Of a stretch of 64,000 nucleotides of DNA, positions 28,928-39,268 are shown piece after piece. The stretch is from positions 224,001 to 288,000 of the forward strand of contig JAEOUA010000001.1 in assembly GCA_016839555.1 (NCBI GenBank), in the 5' to 3' direction. Position numbers and translations under genes: made by a program. The stretch comes from Promethearchaeota archaeon. GTDB lineage: Archaea > Asgardarchaeota > Lokiarchaeia > Sigyniarchaeales > SOKP01. Under the pieces are notes generated by a model, which saw nothing but the letters and a program-made list of their open reading frames with translations, made no database searches and was not told where the DNA came from. Within the stretch, counting starts at the first letter, position 1. The number at the start of each line of letters is the position of its first letter.

Positions 28928-30160
28928 TTATAAAAAAATCCATAAAAAAACTCCAACAATTATTCCTATAATTATAAGGAAAAAAACCCCTGCCCAAGAA
29001 AACAAGAAATTTCTTACATAATTAATTTTAAAATCTACCGCTTCATAAGGGCACAATTCAGCACAACAATAACAAAATATACATTTCTTTCTTTCCCAAC
29101 TTGGAGTATTACCCTTCTTGATTATTTCTGGTGGAGTGATCGCATTACCAGGACAATTTTCCCAACAAGTAGAGCAAAGCCTGCATTTATTTGGATCAAA
29201 TTTTATCGTAGCTCTGAACACCACATTTCCCATATAATCTGCTAACCATGATGGTAAAGGTACAGATACTGGATGCTTCCTTGGTATTTTAAATTTGCGA
29301 GAAACATCTTTTAAATTTTCCCCTAAGAATTGAATTTCCGAGATATCAGAAGTCCCAAGATTTTTTTCTACTGCTTTCTCAATATATTTAACTTTTTGTG
29401 GATCGAGCCCAATAATTTTACATACAGCGGTATCTAAGGCCACACCATCAAATCCCGCTATAATTAAATCCAACTTAACTATCTCTCCCTTGCTGGGACC
29501 TTTTCCTTCTTGACATAAATACCCATCAATTACAGTTAATTGTGGATTTGATACAGAATAAATATCGGCTAAAGCTGCAGAAAATGCATCTAAGGTTGAA
29601 AATCTCGCATGTGTTTTTGCTTTATTTCCCAAAATTAAAGTCCCAAACATATTTTTTATGCAGCAGGTTAATAATGTTTGCCAGTGGGTCTTTATTTTCG
29701 GAATATTGATAATTAAATCAGCTTCTTTTAATAATGGAGAAGAGACAAATTGCTCGAGGACTAAGGGATTTTTGACATCATATTTTATACGTTCTGTTTT
29801 TTCAAATGGAGTCCAATTTACATTTTCTTCTTGACATATCTTTTTTATTCCGCTCCCTTCAAATGCTTTTTCAGTAACTCCTGGTGATGATGTACCGCTT
29901 GATTCAGCAACGATAATATCATTCTGGTTATGATGCTTTATCCATTTTATCACCGCCCTAACTATTTCTGGATGAGTTGTTACTGCCCGCTCTGGCTCTT
30001 TACTCTTCAAAATATTAGGTTTAATTACAATCTTCATAGCATTTTTATTAAATAATGATTCTGCATTTATTAAATCAAGAGCCTCAAAGACTGCACGTTC
30101 AATCTCATTGTTTTTAATCTTCACAATCGAGATCTTATTGTTTTTCATGGGAAAGTTCAC
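28928..30160 (-). CDS. DUF362 Fe-S protein with a 2x[4Fe-4S] ferredoxin domain and C-terminal TM helix
   Basis: IKPN, TTHPE, PKIKTH, IKNMFG, EGKGP; CRLCSTCWENCP and CIFCYCCAELCP. Confidence 0.88.
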   Translation of the reverse strand: MNFPMKNNKISIVKIKNNEIERAVFEALDLINAESLFNKNAMKIVIKPNILKSKEPERAVTTHPEIVRAVIKWIKHHNQNDIIVAESSGTSSPGVTEKAFEGSGIKKICQEENVNWTPFEKTERIKYDVKNPLVLEQFVSSPLLKEADLIINIPKIKTHWQTLLTCCIKNMFGTLILGNKAKTHARFSTLDAFSAALADIYSVSNPQLTVIDGYLCQEGKGPSKGEIVKLDLIIAGFDGVALDTAVCKIIGLDPQKVKYIEKAVEKNLGTSDISEIQFLGENLKDVSRKFKIPRKHPVSVPLPSWLADYMGNVVFRATIKFDPNKCRLCSTCWENCPGNAITPPEIIKKGNTPSWERKKCIFCYCCAELCPYEAVDFKINYVRNFLFSWAGVFFLIIIGIIVGVFLWIFL

Positions 30161-30268
30161 ATTTTAAATATTAATTCATTTAAATAACAACTTTTAAAAA
30201 AAATTCTTTTTTTATTTTGGTATAATTTTATAATCTAAAAAAATCAATTGATTAAAAAGGAGATACTT

Positions 30269-30451
30269 ATGAGTGTTAATATAAAAGAAAAAAGTGTAAA
30301 AATAATTGGAATCCTTATAGCTATTATTGGAGGTTTAATTGCTTTTATCGGTGGAATAAAAATAGGAAACGCTGTTGGAAACATATGGAATATTTTCGGG
30401 GGAATGGCTCTCGCAGCTATAGGAGGACATATCACCAACCTAATTAAGTAA
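30269..30451 (+). CDS. Small two-TM membrane protein
   Basis: AAGGAG RBS before ATG 30269; two Gly-rich hydrophobic helices. Confidence 0.65.
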   Translation: MSVNIKEKSVKIIGILIAIIGGLIAFIGGIKIGNAVGNIWNIFGGMALAAIGGHITNLIK

Positions 30452-30708
30452 AATATCCTAAATTGCATCCTTTTTTTTATTTTAAATTTTTTATTAAGGA
30501 TAATAGAAATAATTTATGAAATATAGACAAGAATTTAATATATTCTCAAACTCACTTCTAAAATAAAAATAAGATTATTTAAGAAGAAAAATCAAGTACT
30601 AATTTATATAAAATAAGACCTTAGGTTTTTAATTATTATAACTATGTTTAAAAATTAATTTAGATTTTTATGATTACATAAAAAACAATTCAATAGAGGT
30701 GGAATTAA

Positions 30709-31260
30709 ATGAAACAAATGACTCAACAAAATTTAATAAATGCCTTTGGTGGCGAAAGTATGGCTCATATGAGATACCTTCATTTTTCAAATACAGCCCA
30801 AAAAGAAGGGTATCCTAATGTAGCGAGGTTATTTAAGGCGATTTCACATGCAGAATATATTCATGCTGGCGATCATTATAAGGAAATTAAACATTTAAAC
30901 GGAGGTTTTGTAGCTAATAGTATGGGTGCTTTTGGACCAGGAGATACTTATAAAAATTTAGGTTTAGGTATCGATGGGGAGACTTTCGAAATAAATGAAA
31001 TGTATCCCACTTATATTCAAACGGCTAAATTTCAAGAAGAAGGTGGAGCAGTCCGTACTTTTCAATGGTCTTTAAGCACAGAAAAAGAACATAAACGATT
31101 ATTTGAAAAAGCAAAAACTGCTGTTGATAATAATAAAGATGTAGAATTAGTTGATGTCCAAGTATGTAGTGTTTGCGGTTATACTTTAGAAGGAGGAGCG
31201 CCTGATAAATGTCCAATTTGTGGTGCTAAGAAAGAAAAATTTGTAACCTTTGAAAAATAA
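30709..31260 (+). CDS. rbr: Rubrerythrin
   Basis: AFGGES, AEYIHA, GETFE..MYP, EKEH; rubredoxin domain CSVCGY/CPICG. Confidence 0.93.
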   Translation: MKQMTQQNLINAFGGESMAHMRYLHFSNTAQKEGYPNVARLFKAISHAEYIHAGDHYKEIKHLNGGFVANSMGAFGPGDTYKNLGLGIDGETFEINEMYPTYIQTAKFQEEGGAVRTFQWSLSTEKEHKRLFEKAKTAVDNNKDVELVDVQVCSVCGYTLEGGAPDKCPICGAKKEKFVTFEK

Positions 31261-31541
31261 CCAATAAACTTTTTATTTTTTATTTTAATAAATTTTGAAA
31301 TCTATAAAATTCTGTTTATACTCAAAAGATTTTAATTAAACAAAAATCAACATGATCTTATTAAATACTTATAAATATCCCATAGTTCTTTTATATAATT
31401 CTTTAATAAAGAATAAAAATTTAAAAAAATAGGATATACAAATCCTTATTGGTAAATATATACAAGTTAAAATCATTTTATGGATTTATAACTTGTAGAT
31501 TTAACTTTTTATTTACCTAAAAAGAAACATACCCACAATAT

Positions 31542-31991
31542 TTAAGATTTTAATTTTATTCCATAATAGCTGCATAGTTCTTCATTATGCTTGGATGGAG
31601 AAACTGTCTCATATGTTTTTTCAATATTCCAATCTTCGTTAATTAACCATGTTCTACGTTTAACTCTGCCTTGAGAAATTGCCCCAAAAGCTTTTGCTGC
31701 CTTTTTTTCTGGATCTGATAATAAAGTAAAAGGTAAATCATATTTAGTTTGAAAATTTTTATGCGATTTCACGGAATCAGCACTTATCCCAATTATAGTT
31801 ATATCTTTTTCCTCATACTCTTTAATTGAATCTCGGAAATTTGTCGCTTCTGTAGTACAACCTGGTGTGTTATCTTTGGGATAGAAGTATACTACTAATT
31901 TTTTTCCTTTATAATCATTGAGTTTTACTAAATCTCCATTTTGATTCAGCAATTCGATATCCTCTGGTGCCGGATCTCCTTTTTTTAACAT
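31542..31991 (-). CDS. bcp: Bcp/PrxQ peroxiredoxin
   Basis: YFYPKDNTPGCT, GISADS, LLSDP; GGAGGT RBS before ATG 31991. Confidence 0.92.
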   Translation of the reverse strand: MLKKGDPAPEDIELLNQNGDLVKLNDYKGKKLVVYFYPKDNTPGCTTEATNFRDSIKEYEEKDITIIGISADSVKSHKNFQTKYDLPFTLLSDPEKKAAKAFGAISQGRVKRRTWLINEDWNIEKTYETVSPSKHNEELCSYYGIKLKS

Positions 31992-32260
31992 ATATTTTAC
32001 CTCCAATTAATATTGTTCTTCTATTAATATTTGTTTTATTTCTGTGAGAAAAAAGATATTTAAAATTAAATATAATTTGGTTTTAAAATATACATAACTC
32101 CAGTTAGAGTCGTATATCAATAAATCTTTCTTTTTAATATTTTAATATTTTAAAAAATGGTGATTCTTACAAGATCTTAGGTTTCTAATTCTTATTCTTT
32201 TTTATTTAGTTTGCTATAATTTCCATAGCTTTTAAAATAATTATTCTTTTTTACTTTATT

Positions 32261-32959
32261 ATGAACTTAAAAACAATATTAAAAAAACCATTTGAAAAAC
32301 TTTCACTGCCCTATTGGGGGATTATTGCTATCATTATTCTTGCCATAGGTTCTTTAGTTCCTTCAATCGCTTATTCAGGAAAGGATGGAGAAGCTTATAG
32401 TTTTCTTAACCATGCAATCTCAGAGCTTGGAGAACTGGGAGTCTCTGAATTAGCAATTCTATTTAACATTTGTGTATTTTTTGGAGCTCTATTTACATTG
32501 ATTTTCTTTATAGGATTATCTTTTTATATCAATAACATAATTTCCTCGATTGGGGGAATAATCGGAGTAATTTCATCACTAGGTGGGGTTTTTGTGGGGA
32601 TCTTTCCCATGAATTACCTTGTTCCCCATTATATTGCTGCTATGACTTTCTTTTTTGGAGGAATGCTTACCGTTGCCGTATTCTCAATCGCTATTCTTTT
32701 TGATAAAGAGAAAAAAATACATTGGATTTTCTCTCTTCTAGGGTTTATCGTGGTGGTATTTTTTGCTTTATTCTTGTTTTATCCATATGCTGAGACTTAT
32801 CGTGTTAATCCTGCATTAAGTATTTTGTATAATCTCTTTTATGATCGTCCCGCATTTTTATTGCCCTCCTTTTTCGAATGGATGACACTGATCACCATTA
32901 TGATTTGGGTTGGATTACTTTCTATAGTATTTTTAATCAAAAAAGTTAATCTTATCTAA
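32261..32959 (+). CDS. DUF998-like multi-pass membrane protein
   Basis: YSFLNHAISELG, FN, VGIFP, H, FEW. Confidence 0.75.
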   Translation: MNLKTILKKPFEKLSLPYWGIIAIIILAIGSLVPSIAYSGKDGEAYSFLNHAISELGELGVSELAILFNICVFFGALFTLIFFIGLSFYINNIISSIGGIIGVISSLGGVFVGIFPMNYLVPHYIAAMTFFFGGMLTVAVFSIAILFDKEKKIHWIFSLLGFIVVVFFALFLFYPYAETYRVNPALSILYNLFYDRPAFLLPSFFEWMTLITIMIWVGLLSIVFLIKKVNLI

Positions 32960-33097
32960 CTTTTTTTTATTTTTTAATCTGAACTGTTTTTACATTTTAA
33001 ATATGCTAAAAGACCCAAAAAGAATCTAATTACCTGTAATAGTTAAAAAAAGAAAAAACAAAGGAAATATTAAAAAAATTTTAAAATAAGGATTTTA

Positions 33098-33352
33098 TTA
33101 CACTCCGCCAGCTTGAGTGGCCATCACGGTAATTACATCCTTCTTTGGGTGAATCCCAACTTTAGAAAACTTTAAGTCGTCAGGCAATACTTTTCCCTTG
33201 AAGATAAATTGAATTGCGAGCACTGGATTTAGTTTATATTCTTGCTGGACAGTTTTTTTAATATCAGCAATATTCTGACTTGGATCCACTTCGATTTGCT
33301 TAATTGCTTGATCTGGAGGAACTCCAGTTAATCGAAACCTATATTGTGTCAT
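33098..33352 (-). CDS. Eukaryote-type ubiquitin-like protein ending GG-V
   Basis: Beta-grasp pattern IEVDPSQNIADIKKTV...QFIFKGKVLPDD...; C-terminus TQAGGV; GAGGT RBS. Confidence 0.85.
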   Translation of the reverse strand: MTQYRFRLTGVPPDQAIKQIEVDPSQNIADIKKTVQQEYKLNPVLAIQFIFKGKVLPDDLKFSKVGIHPKKDVITVMATQAGGV

Positions 33353-33477
33353 TTTTTATACCTCTTATGATCTTTAAATTTTAATATTTAGTTAAGAATA
33401 GAATATAGAGAAAATATTAAAATACTCTTGTGAACTGAAGTGAACTTAAGTATATACTAAAGTCAAATTACTAAGAT

Positions 33478-35520
33478 TTAATTCTCTGGCAATTTTTTTG
33501 TCTCAAGCATGTCAAGAAATTCTTTCTCATTTAAAATCTTAGTGCCTTCTTTCTTTGCTTCAGCTAATTTTGATCCAGGATTTTTTCCTACTACCAAAAA
33601 ATCAGTTGCTGAGCTGACACTTGAGGTTGCTCTGCCGCCATATTGTCTCACTTTCTCTGAAGCTTCATCGCGAGTATATTTTTCAAGTGCCCCCGTGAAA
33701 ACAAATTTTTTTCCCTCTAAAAATTGCTCACGTTCTTCTTCCTCTATGCTCATCCTAACTCCATGGTCTTTTAATCGGTTTATTAATTCTTTATTTTTTT
33801 CTTCTTCGAAAAAGGAAACTACACTTTCAGCAATTTGAGGTCCAATCTCATCAATTTTTTCAAATTTTGCTTTTGATGCATTTATTATATTATCAATATT
33901 TTTAAAATTCTCTGCTAGTACTCTTGCTATGTGTTGACCTACATAAGGAATGCCAATTCCGTATAATACTCTTGGAAGCTCTCTGTCTTTACTTTCTTTA
34001 ATATTATTTAACAAATTCATCGAAGATTTTTTTCCCATTCGTTCGATTTTTTTAAGCTCATTCAAATCCAATTCATAGAGATCCGCAACATTTTTAGCAA
34101 GCCCCTCTTCAACTAATTTATTAACTAACATTGTTCCCAAACCATCAATATCCATTGCTTCTCTATCTCCCCAATGTTCAATCCTTTGCTTCACTTGAGC
34201 CGGACATTGAGCATTAACACACCTCCGAATAATATCGCTTCCTATTTTTTTGGCTGAGCTGCCACAAATTGGACATTTAGTGGGCATCTCAAATTTTCTC
34301 TCACTACCATCTCGCTTTTCTTTAATTACCTTAACGACTTGGGGTATTATTTCACCTGCTTTTTCTACTAAGACGGTATCTCCCACTCTTATATCCTTTC
34401 GCTGTATTTCATTTTCATTATGAAGTGATGCACGCGATACAGTTGTTCCAGATAATTGGATAGGATCTAAAATAGCGACGGGAGTTAATTTACCAGTTCT
34501 ACCAACCATTATTTCAATATCTTGTATTTTGGTAGTTTTTCTGGTGGGAGGATATTTATACGCTATCGCCCATCGAGGGTGATGAGTAGTGTATCCTAAA
34601 ATGTCATGTGCTTCTAAATTATTAACTTTAAGTACCATTCCATCTATTTCATAGTCAAGTTGATCTTTTTTTTCTTGATATTCTTCTAAATAGGTAATTA
34701 CATTATCTATACCTTTAAATACCTCAAATTTATTTATTTTTAATCCAGCTTTTTTCATCTCTTCCAGAGTTTTTACATGAGTTGTAAAAGCACCATTTTC
34801 GTAATAACTTAAGGTATATATGAAGATATCTAAAGGGCGTTTTGCTACTATTTGTGGATCTTTGGTTCTCATTGTACCTGCAGTCGCATTTCTCGGATTA
34901 GCGAAAGGTTCTTGACCTTTTTTTATTCTCTCTTCATTCATTTCATCAAAAGCATTTCGAGGCATAAACACCTCACCTCGGAATTCAGCAGTATTTAATA
35001 TTGAATCATCCGATAATCTTAGTGGAACTGATTTTATTGTTTTTACATTAGGGGTAATATCCTCACCTCTGGCACCATCCCCTCTGGTTGCTGCTCGTTT
35101 TAAGGATTTATTCTCGTAATAAAGCGCAACCCCTAATCCATCTATTTTAGTTTCAACTACATATTCAATTTCTTTGTCTTTCCACCTTTTTTTAACTCGT
35201 TCATCAAATTCTTTTAATTCTTCATAGTTATAAGCTTTATCTAAACTTAGCATTACTACTTTATGTTCTATGGTCTTAAACTCCTCGATCTCTTCACTTC
35301 CTATCCTTTGTGTTGGAGAATCTTCTGTTATAAATTGTGGATAAGCCTCCTCTAATACTTCAAGCTCTCGTACTAATTGGTCATATTCATAATCGCTAAT
35401 TTCAGGCTGATTATCCACAAAATATTTTCTATTATGATATCGAATTTCTTTTCGAAGTTCTTTTATTCGGCTTTCTGCCTTTTTTTTATCCTCTGGAATT
35501 TCAAAATCTTCGTTCGACAT
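33478..35520 (-). CDS. ligA: NAD+-dependent DNA ligase
   Basis: MLSLDKA, ETKIDG (adenylated Lys), TRGDG, NPRNA, IDGMVLK, C4 Zn finger, HhH motifs, BRCT (FVFTGAL...GKNPGSKL). Confidence 0.96.
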   Translation of the reverse strand: MSNEDFEIPEDKKKAESRIKELRKEIRYHNRKYFVDNQPEISDYEYDQLVRELEVLEEAYPQFITEDSPTQRIGSEEIEEFKTIEHKVVMLSLDKAYNYEELKEFDERVKKRWKDKEIEYVVETKIDGLGVALYYENKSLKRAATRGDGARGEDITPNVKTIKSVPLRLSDDSILNTAEFRGEVFMPRNAFDEMNEERIKKGQEPFANPRNATAGTMRTKDPQIVAKRPLDIFIYTLSYYENGAFTTHVKTLEEMKKAGLKINKFEVFKGIDNVITYLEEYQEKKDQLDYEIDGMVLKVNNLEAHDILGYTTHHPRWAIAYKYPPTRKTTKIQDIEIMVGRTGKLTPVAILDPIQLSGTTVSRASLHNENEIQRKDIRVGDTVLVEKAGEIIPQVVKVIKEKRDGSERKFEMPTKCPICGSSAKKIGSDIIRRCVNAQCPAQVKQRIEHWGDREAMDIDGLGTMLVNKLVEEGLAKNVADLYELDLNELKKIERMGKKSSMNLLNNIKESKDRELPRVLYGIGIPYVGQHIARVLAENFKNIDNIINASKAKFEKIDEIGPQIAESVVSFFEEEKNKELINRLKDHGVRMSIEEEEREQFLEGKKFVFTGALEKYTRDEASEKVRQYGGRATSSVSSATDFLVVGKNPGSKLAEAKKEGTKILNEKEFLDMLETKKLPEN

Positions 35521-35579
35521 CTTACCTTTTTTCGCTCTACATTAAATATGAAAATTAAATATTTAAACTAAAGAATTCT

Positions 35580-35753
35580 TTAAAATCTAAAAGGTTCAGG
35601 TCCTTCACCGGGTTTAAATGGTTGAGGACCAGGCGGAGGGCTTGGAAACCTTTTTAATAATCTCTCAAGTTGAGCTATTCTTTTTTCTAAAGAATCCAGT
35701 CTCTCTTCTATTGTTTTAATTCTTTCTAACAAATTAGGATTTTGTATAGACAT
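35580..35753 (-). CDS. 57-aa coiled-coil + polyproline microprotein (below the ORF-track cut-off)
   Basis: Hand translation MSIQNPNLLERIKTIEERLDSLEKRIAQLERLLKRFPSPPPGPQPFKPGEGPEPFRF*; clean heptads; GC-richer than flanks. Confidence 0.7.
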   Translation of the reverse strand: MSIQNPNLLERIKTIEERLDSLEKRIAQLERLLKRFPSPPPGPQPFKPGEGPEPFRF

Positions 35754-35913
35754 TTTTATATTTTAAATATGTTTATATTAATGGTTTCAATTTAAACATA
35801 TAGATTTGCGTTCATTTTAATTAATAAATGTAAATTATATAAATTTATCGTCTTTTGGTTATAAATTTTAAAAGGATGCGCTCTGAATTAGGTTTCATAG
35901 TTATTCAGAAAAA

Positions 35914-35945
35914 TTTTTGTTCGCAAAAACATTTAAGTTCGAACT
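35914..35945. promoter_or_regulatory. Two palindromes in the divergent promoter upstream of the wHTH gene
   Basis: TTTTTG-TTCG-CAAAAA (35914-35929) and AGTTCGAACT (35936-35945), just upstream of a TATA-like CTTATAT. Confidence 0.3.
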
Positions 35946-36004
35946 ACCTTATATGTATTAATACAATCGTATAAGTTTTAATCATTTATTCTAAATATAT
36001 TAAT

Positions 36005-37312
36005 ATGGAAAAATACAAAAAATCTGGGAATAGCGATACAAAGATTTCTAAAATCATACAAAATATGGAATATGATAAACGTATTTTATATGCCCTTGAG
36101 AATATAGGTCCTCAAAGATTTTCTGATTTAAATGAGATTTGTGAGATGAGTAAATCAAGTTTGTCAAAATACTTAAAACTTCATCTTCAAGAGCAAAATA
36201 TTGAAAAAAAAATCCATAATAAAGCTCCCCATTACTTCTTAACAGGAAAAGGAAGAGAAACACTCAATGAAGATCGTTCCAATTCAGAAGAGTATTTATT
36301 TTATATAAATGAGATTAAGAGTACCTATATCCAATCAACTGACTTGATTGAATTTTACAGAAAAATAGGAATAGAGGAATCAATTCTTTTCCAAATTTTA
36401 GGAATAATTAATAAAATTGGCAATAAATTTTTTCAAATGAATCAAAACCGGGAACTCTTTCTCGCTTTATTTTATATTTTTCTAAATTCGGTTTTAACTC
36501 GAGAATATAAATTTGAAATAAAGGAATTTTGTAAATATTATAATGTAAAACAATTAAGAATTGATTTTCATGTGGATAAGATAATGTCTAGTAAATGCGG
36601 TTTTTTTATGTTTACTCGAGACGAGGATGTATTTTTTTTCCATAGAGATGATATTTTGGGGACAGTCACATTACGATTAATAAAGAACCAATTAATAGAA
36701 GAAGTAAATCATATTAGCCTAAAAGGATATCGAGATATTTATGATTTAGACCAAATGGCAGAAATTATTGCTAAACAATTAATTAGGATGGATTTAATTT
36801 GGGATAAAATTGTCGAACCGTTTGAAATGCTTATTGAGAAAATGATTATCAAAATGGCTTTAGATATGGGTTTCTCAAAAACATTTTTAATGGATGTTGT
36901 TGTCCAGTCCGAAAAATTATCTAAATCTGAGGGAGGAATAAATTCTTTAGTTAATATTATCAAAGGATCTGAAAAATATGAGGATTTAAATATTGTTTCC
37001 ATCTCGGCATCGACTCAAAGAAAATTAGACGAAGTTCTTGATAAAATAGAAGGATTTTGCCCAAATTGCGGTAAATCAATTTTAAAAAGAGATACAAAGA
37101 AAATATGTACCAGATGCAAAGAAAGATTCGAACCTCAAGAACTATTAAAAAGCATAGATAAAGCTAATGAAGCAAGTTTGAAATATAAAAAACAAATATT
37201 AAAAGAAGAGGAATTAATTATTTGTCCTAATCCAGAATGTGAAGCAAAAGTCTCACCCAGTTGGGAATATTGTCCCGTTTGCCACTCTAAGATTAAAAAA
37301 GACAATCATTAA
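36005..37312 (+). CDS. wHTH protein with two C-terminal Zn ribbons
   Basis: PQRFSDL..MSKSSLSKYLK...YFLTGKG; CPNC/CTRC and CPNPEC/CPVC. Confidence 0.78.
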   Translation: MEKYKKSGNSDTKISKIIQNMEYDKRILYALENIGPQRFSDLNEICEMSKSSLSKYLKLHLQEQNIEKKIHNKAPHYFLTGKGRETLNEDRSNSEEYLFYINEIKSTYIQSTDLIEFYRKIGIEESILFQILGIINKIGNKFFQMNQNRELFLALFYIFLNSVLTREYKFEIKEFCKYYNVKQLRIDFHVDKIMSSKCGFFMFTRDEDVFFFHRDDILGTVTLRLIKNQLIEEVNHISLKGYRDIYDLDQMAEIIAKQLIRMDLIWDKIVEPFEMLIEKMIIKMALDMGFSKTFLMDVVVQSEKLSKSEGGINSLVNIIKGSEKYEDLNIVSISASTQRKLDEVLDKIEGFCPNCGKSILKRDTKKICTRCKERFEPQELLKSIDKANEASLKYKKQILKEEELIICPNPECEAKVSPSWEYCPVCHSKIKKDNH

Positions 37313-37522
37313 ACCTGATTAATTAATTTTATTTCCGGTTTTATAGATTAAGGACCTGCTTATAATCTCTAAAGATTGCTTTTTATATTAATTTAAATTG
37401 TACCAATAAATTAAATAAACTATAAATTGAAGATTAAAAATTAAGCTCTGTTTATAATTATTTGAGAAGTATTAATGTAAAAACTTTCAAAATTAAAATT
37501 TAAAAATATATAATGATTTTTT

Positions 37523-39238
37523 ATGAGATCTGTTTTAAATAAAAAAGTTGCGGATATATTATTTGAGATTGCTGATTTACTTGAATTAAAGGGCGTTCAA
37601 TTTAAACCACGAGCATATAGAAGAGCTGCACAAAATATAAATAATTTTTCAGAAGATATTACAATCTTTTATGAAAATGAAAATTTAGAAGATATAGAAG
37701 GTGTTGGTAAGAGTATTGCCTTAAAAATAAAGGAAATTATAGAAACCGGCTCACTTAAATATTTAAAAGAGTTACGGCAAGAATTTCCTCAGGGTTTACA
37801 AGAAATGATGGATATCCAAGGATTAGGACCAAAATCCCTAATGAAATTATATAATGAACTTAATATTCAAAATATAGATGAGCTAGAAAAGGCAGCTAAA
37901 AACCAAAAAATTCGGAGTATCGAGGGATTTGGAGAAAAGTCTGAGGAAAATATTCTAAAAAATATTGAAATGTATAAAAAATATCAAGAAAGGTTTTTAT
38001 TGGGAGATATTTTACCTATTGCTGAAAATATTGAAAAAAAATTAGCTAATCTTAAAGAAGTGAAACGAATTGATCTAGCAGGATCAATTCGCCGTAAAAA
38101 AGAAACTATTGGAGATGTGGATATTTTAATTATCTCACCTAACCCCAATAAAGTAATGGATTTTTTCACAGAACTCGAGGAGGCAAAAAGAGTGGTCTCT
38201 AAAGGACATACACGGAGCACTATAATTACAGTAGAAAATTTACAAGTTGATTTAAGAGTCGTTGAGAAAGAGAGCTATGGATCAGCTTTGCAATATTTTA
38301 CGGGTTCAAAAGAACATAATATAAAACTTCGAAGCATAGCCTTAAAAAAGAACTGGAAATTGAGCGAATATGGATTAATAGATAAAGATTTAACAGAGAC
38401 TATAGCAAGCGAAAACGAAGCAGATATTTATAAGGCTTTAGGATTAGATTATATAGAACCCGAATTGAGAGAAGATCGAGGGGAAATTGAGGCAGCTCAG
38501 GAAGGAAAACTTCCTACTCTTATCAAATTGGATGATATAAAAGGAGATTTACATATGCATACCAAATGGAGTGAAGGTTCTAATACAATTGAGGAAATGG
38601 CTCAAGCAGCAAAAGAGATAGGATATCAATATATAGCTATATGTGATCATGCTGAGACTTTACAAGTAGCAAGTGGACTTTCTTCTAAAGAGATTCGAGA
38701 ACAAATGAATGAAATTGATGAAATTAATAAAAAAGTAGAAGGAATTACGATTTTATCAGGGATAGAAGCAAATATAGATGCTGAAGGAAAATTAGACGTA
38801 AAAAATGAGGTTTTAAAAGATTTAGATATTGTAGTTGCAAGTATTCACTCGGGATTTAAAAACTCCGAAGAAATTATGACTACTCGCATTTTAAATGCTA
38901 TGCATAATGATTATGTTAATATTATAGGGCATCCCACAGGAAGATTGCTTAATAAAAGAGAACCTTATGAGGTAAATTTATCTAAAATATTTGAAACTGC
39001 TGCTGATCTCGGAATATTTTTAGAATTGAATGCTTTTCCAGATCGCTTAGACCTAAGCGATGTAAATTGCCGAGCGGCGAAAGATAATGATATATTGATC
39101 ACTATTAATACCGATTCTCATCATAAAGATCATTTAAGATATATGAAATACGGAATAGCGACTGCCAGGAGAGGATGGCTTGAAAAAAAAGATGTCGCAA
39201 ATACATTGATTTTAAAAGAATTAAAAAAATTACTCTAA
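37523..39238 (+). CDS. polX: DNA polymerase X with PHP domain
   Basis: RAYRRAA, GVGKSIA, GSIRRKKETIGDVDI, QVDLR, YFTGSKEHN; PHP motifs GDLHMHT, CDH, GHPTGR, TDSH. Confidence 0.95.
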   Translation: MRSVLNKKVADILFEIADLLELKGVQFKPRAYRRAAQNINNFSEDITIFYENENLEDIEGVGKSIALKIKEIIETGSLKYLKELRQEFPQGLQEMMDIQGLGPKSLMKLYNELNIQNIDELEKAAKNQKIRSIEGFGEKSEENILKNIEMYKKYQERFLLGDILPIAENIEKKLANLKEVKRIDLAGSIRRKKETIGDVDILIISPNPNKVMDFFTELEEAKRVVSKGHTRSTIITVENLQVDLRVVEKESYGSALQYFTGSKEHNIKLRSIALKKNWKLSEYGLIDKDLTETIASENEADIYKALGLDYIEPELREDRGEIEAAQEGKLPTLIKLDDIKGDLHMHTKWSEGSNTIEEMAQAAKEIGYQYIAICDHAETLQVASGLSSKEIREQMNEIDEINKKVEGITILSGIEANIDAEGKLDVKNEVLKDLDIVVASIHSGFKNSEEIMTTRILNAMHNDYVNIIGHPTGRLLNKREPYEVNLSKIFETAADLGIFLELNAFPDRLDLSDVNCRAAKDNDILITINTDSHHKDHLRYMKYGIATARRGWLEKKDVANTLILKELKKLL

Positions 39239-39268
39239 ACACAATTTCTGAGTTTATTATGAATAAAA

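Noticed and set aside
25170-31991. Selenocysteine (UGA) recoding in the DsrE or peroxiredoxin genes
   Set aside because: Active-site positions are ordinary Cys codons, and the TGA ending DsrE falls at the normal family C-terminus.
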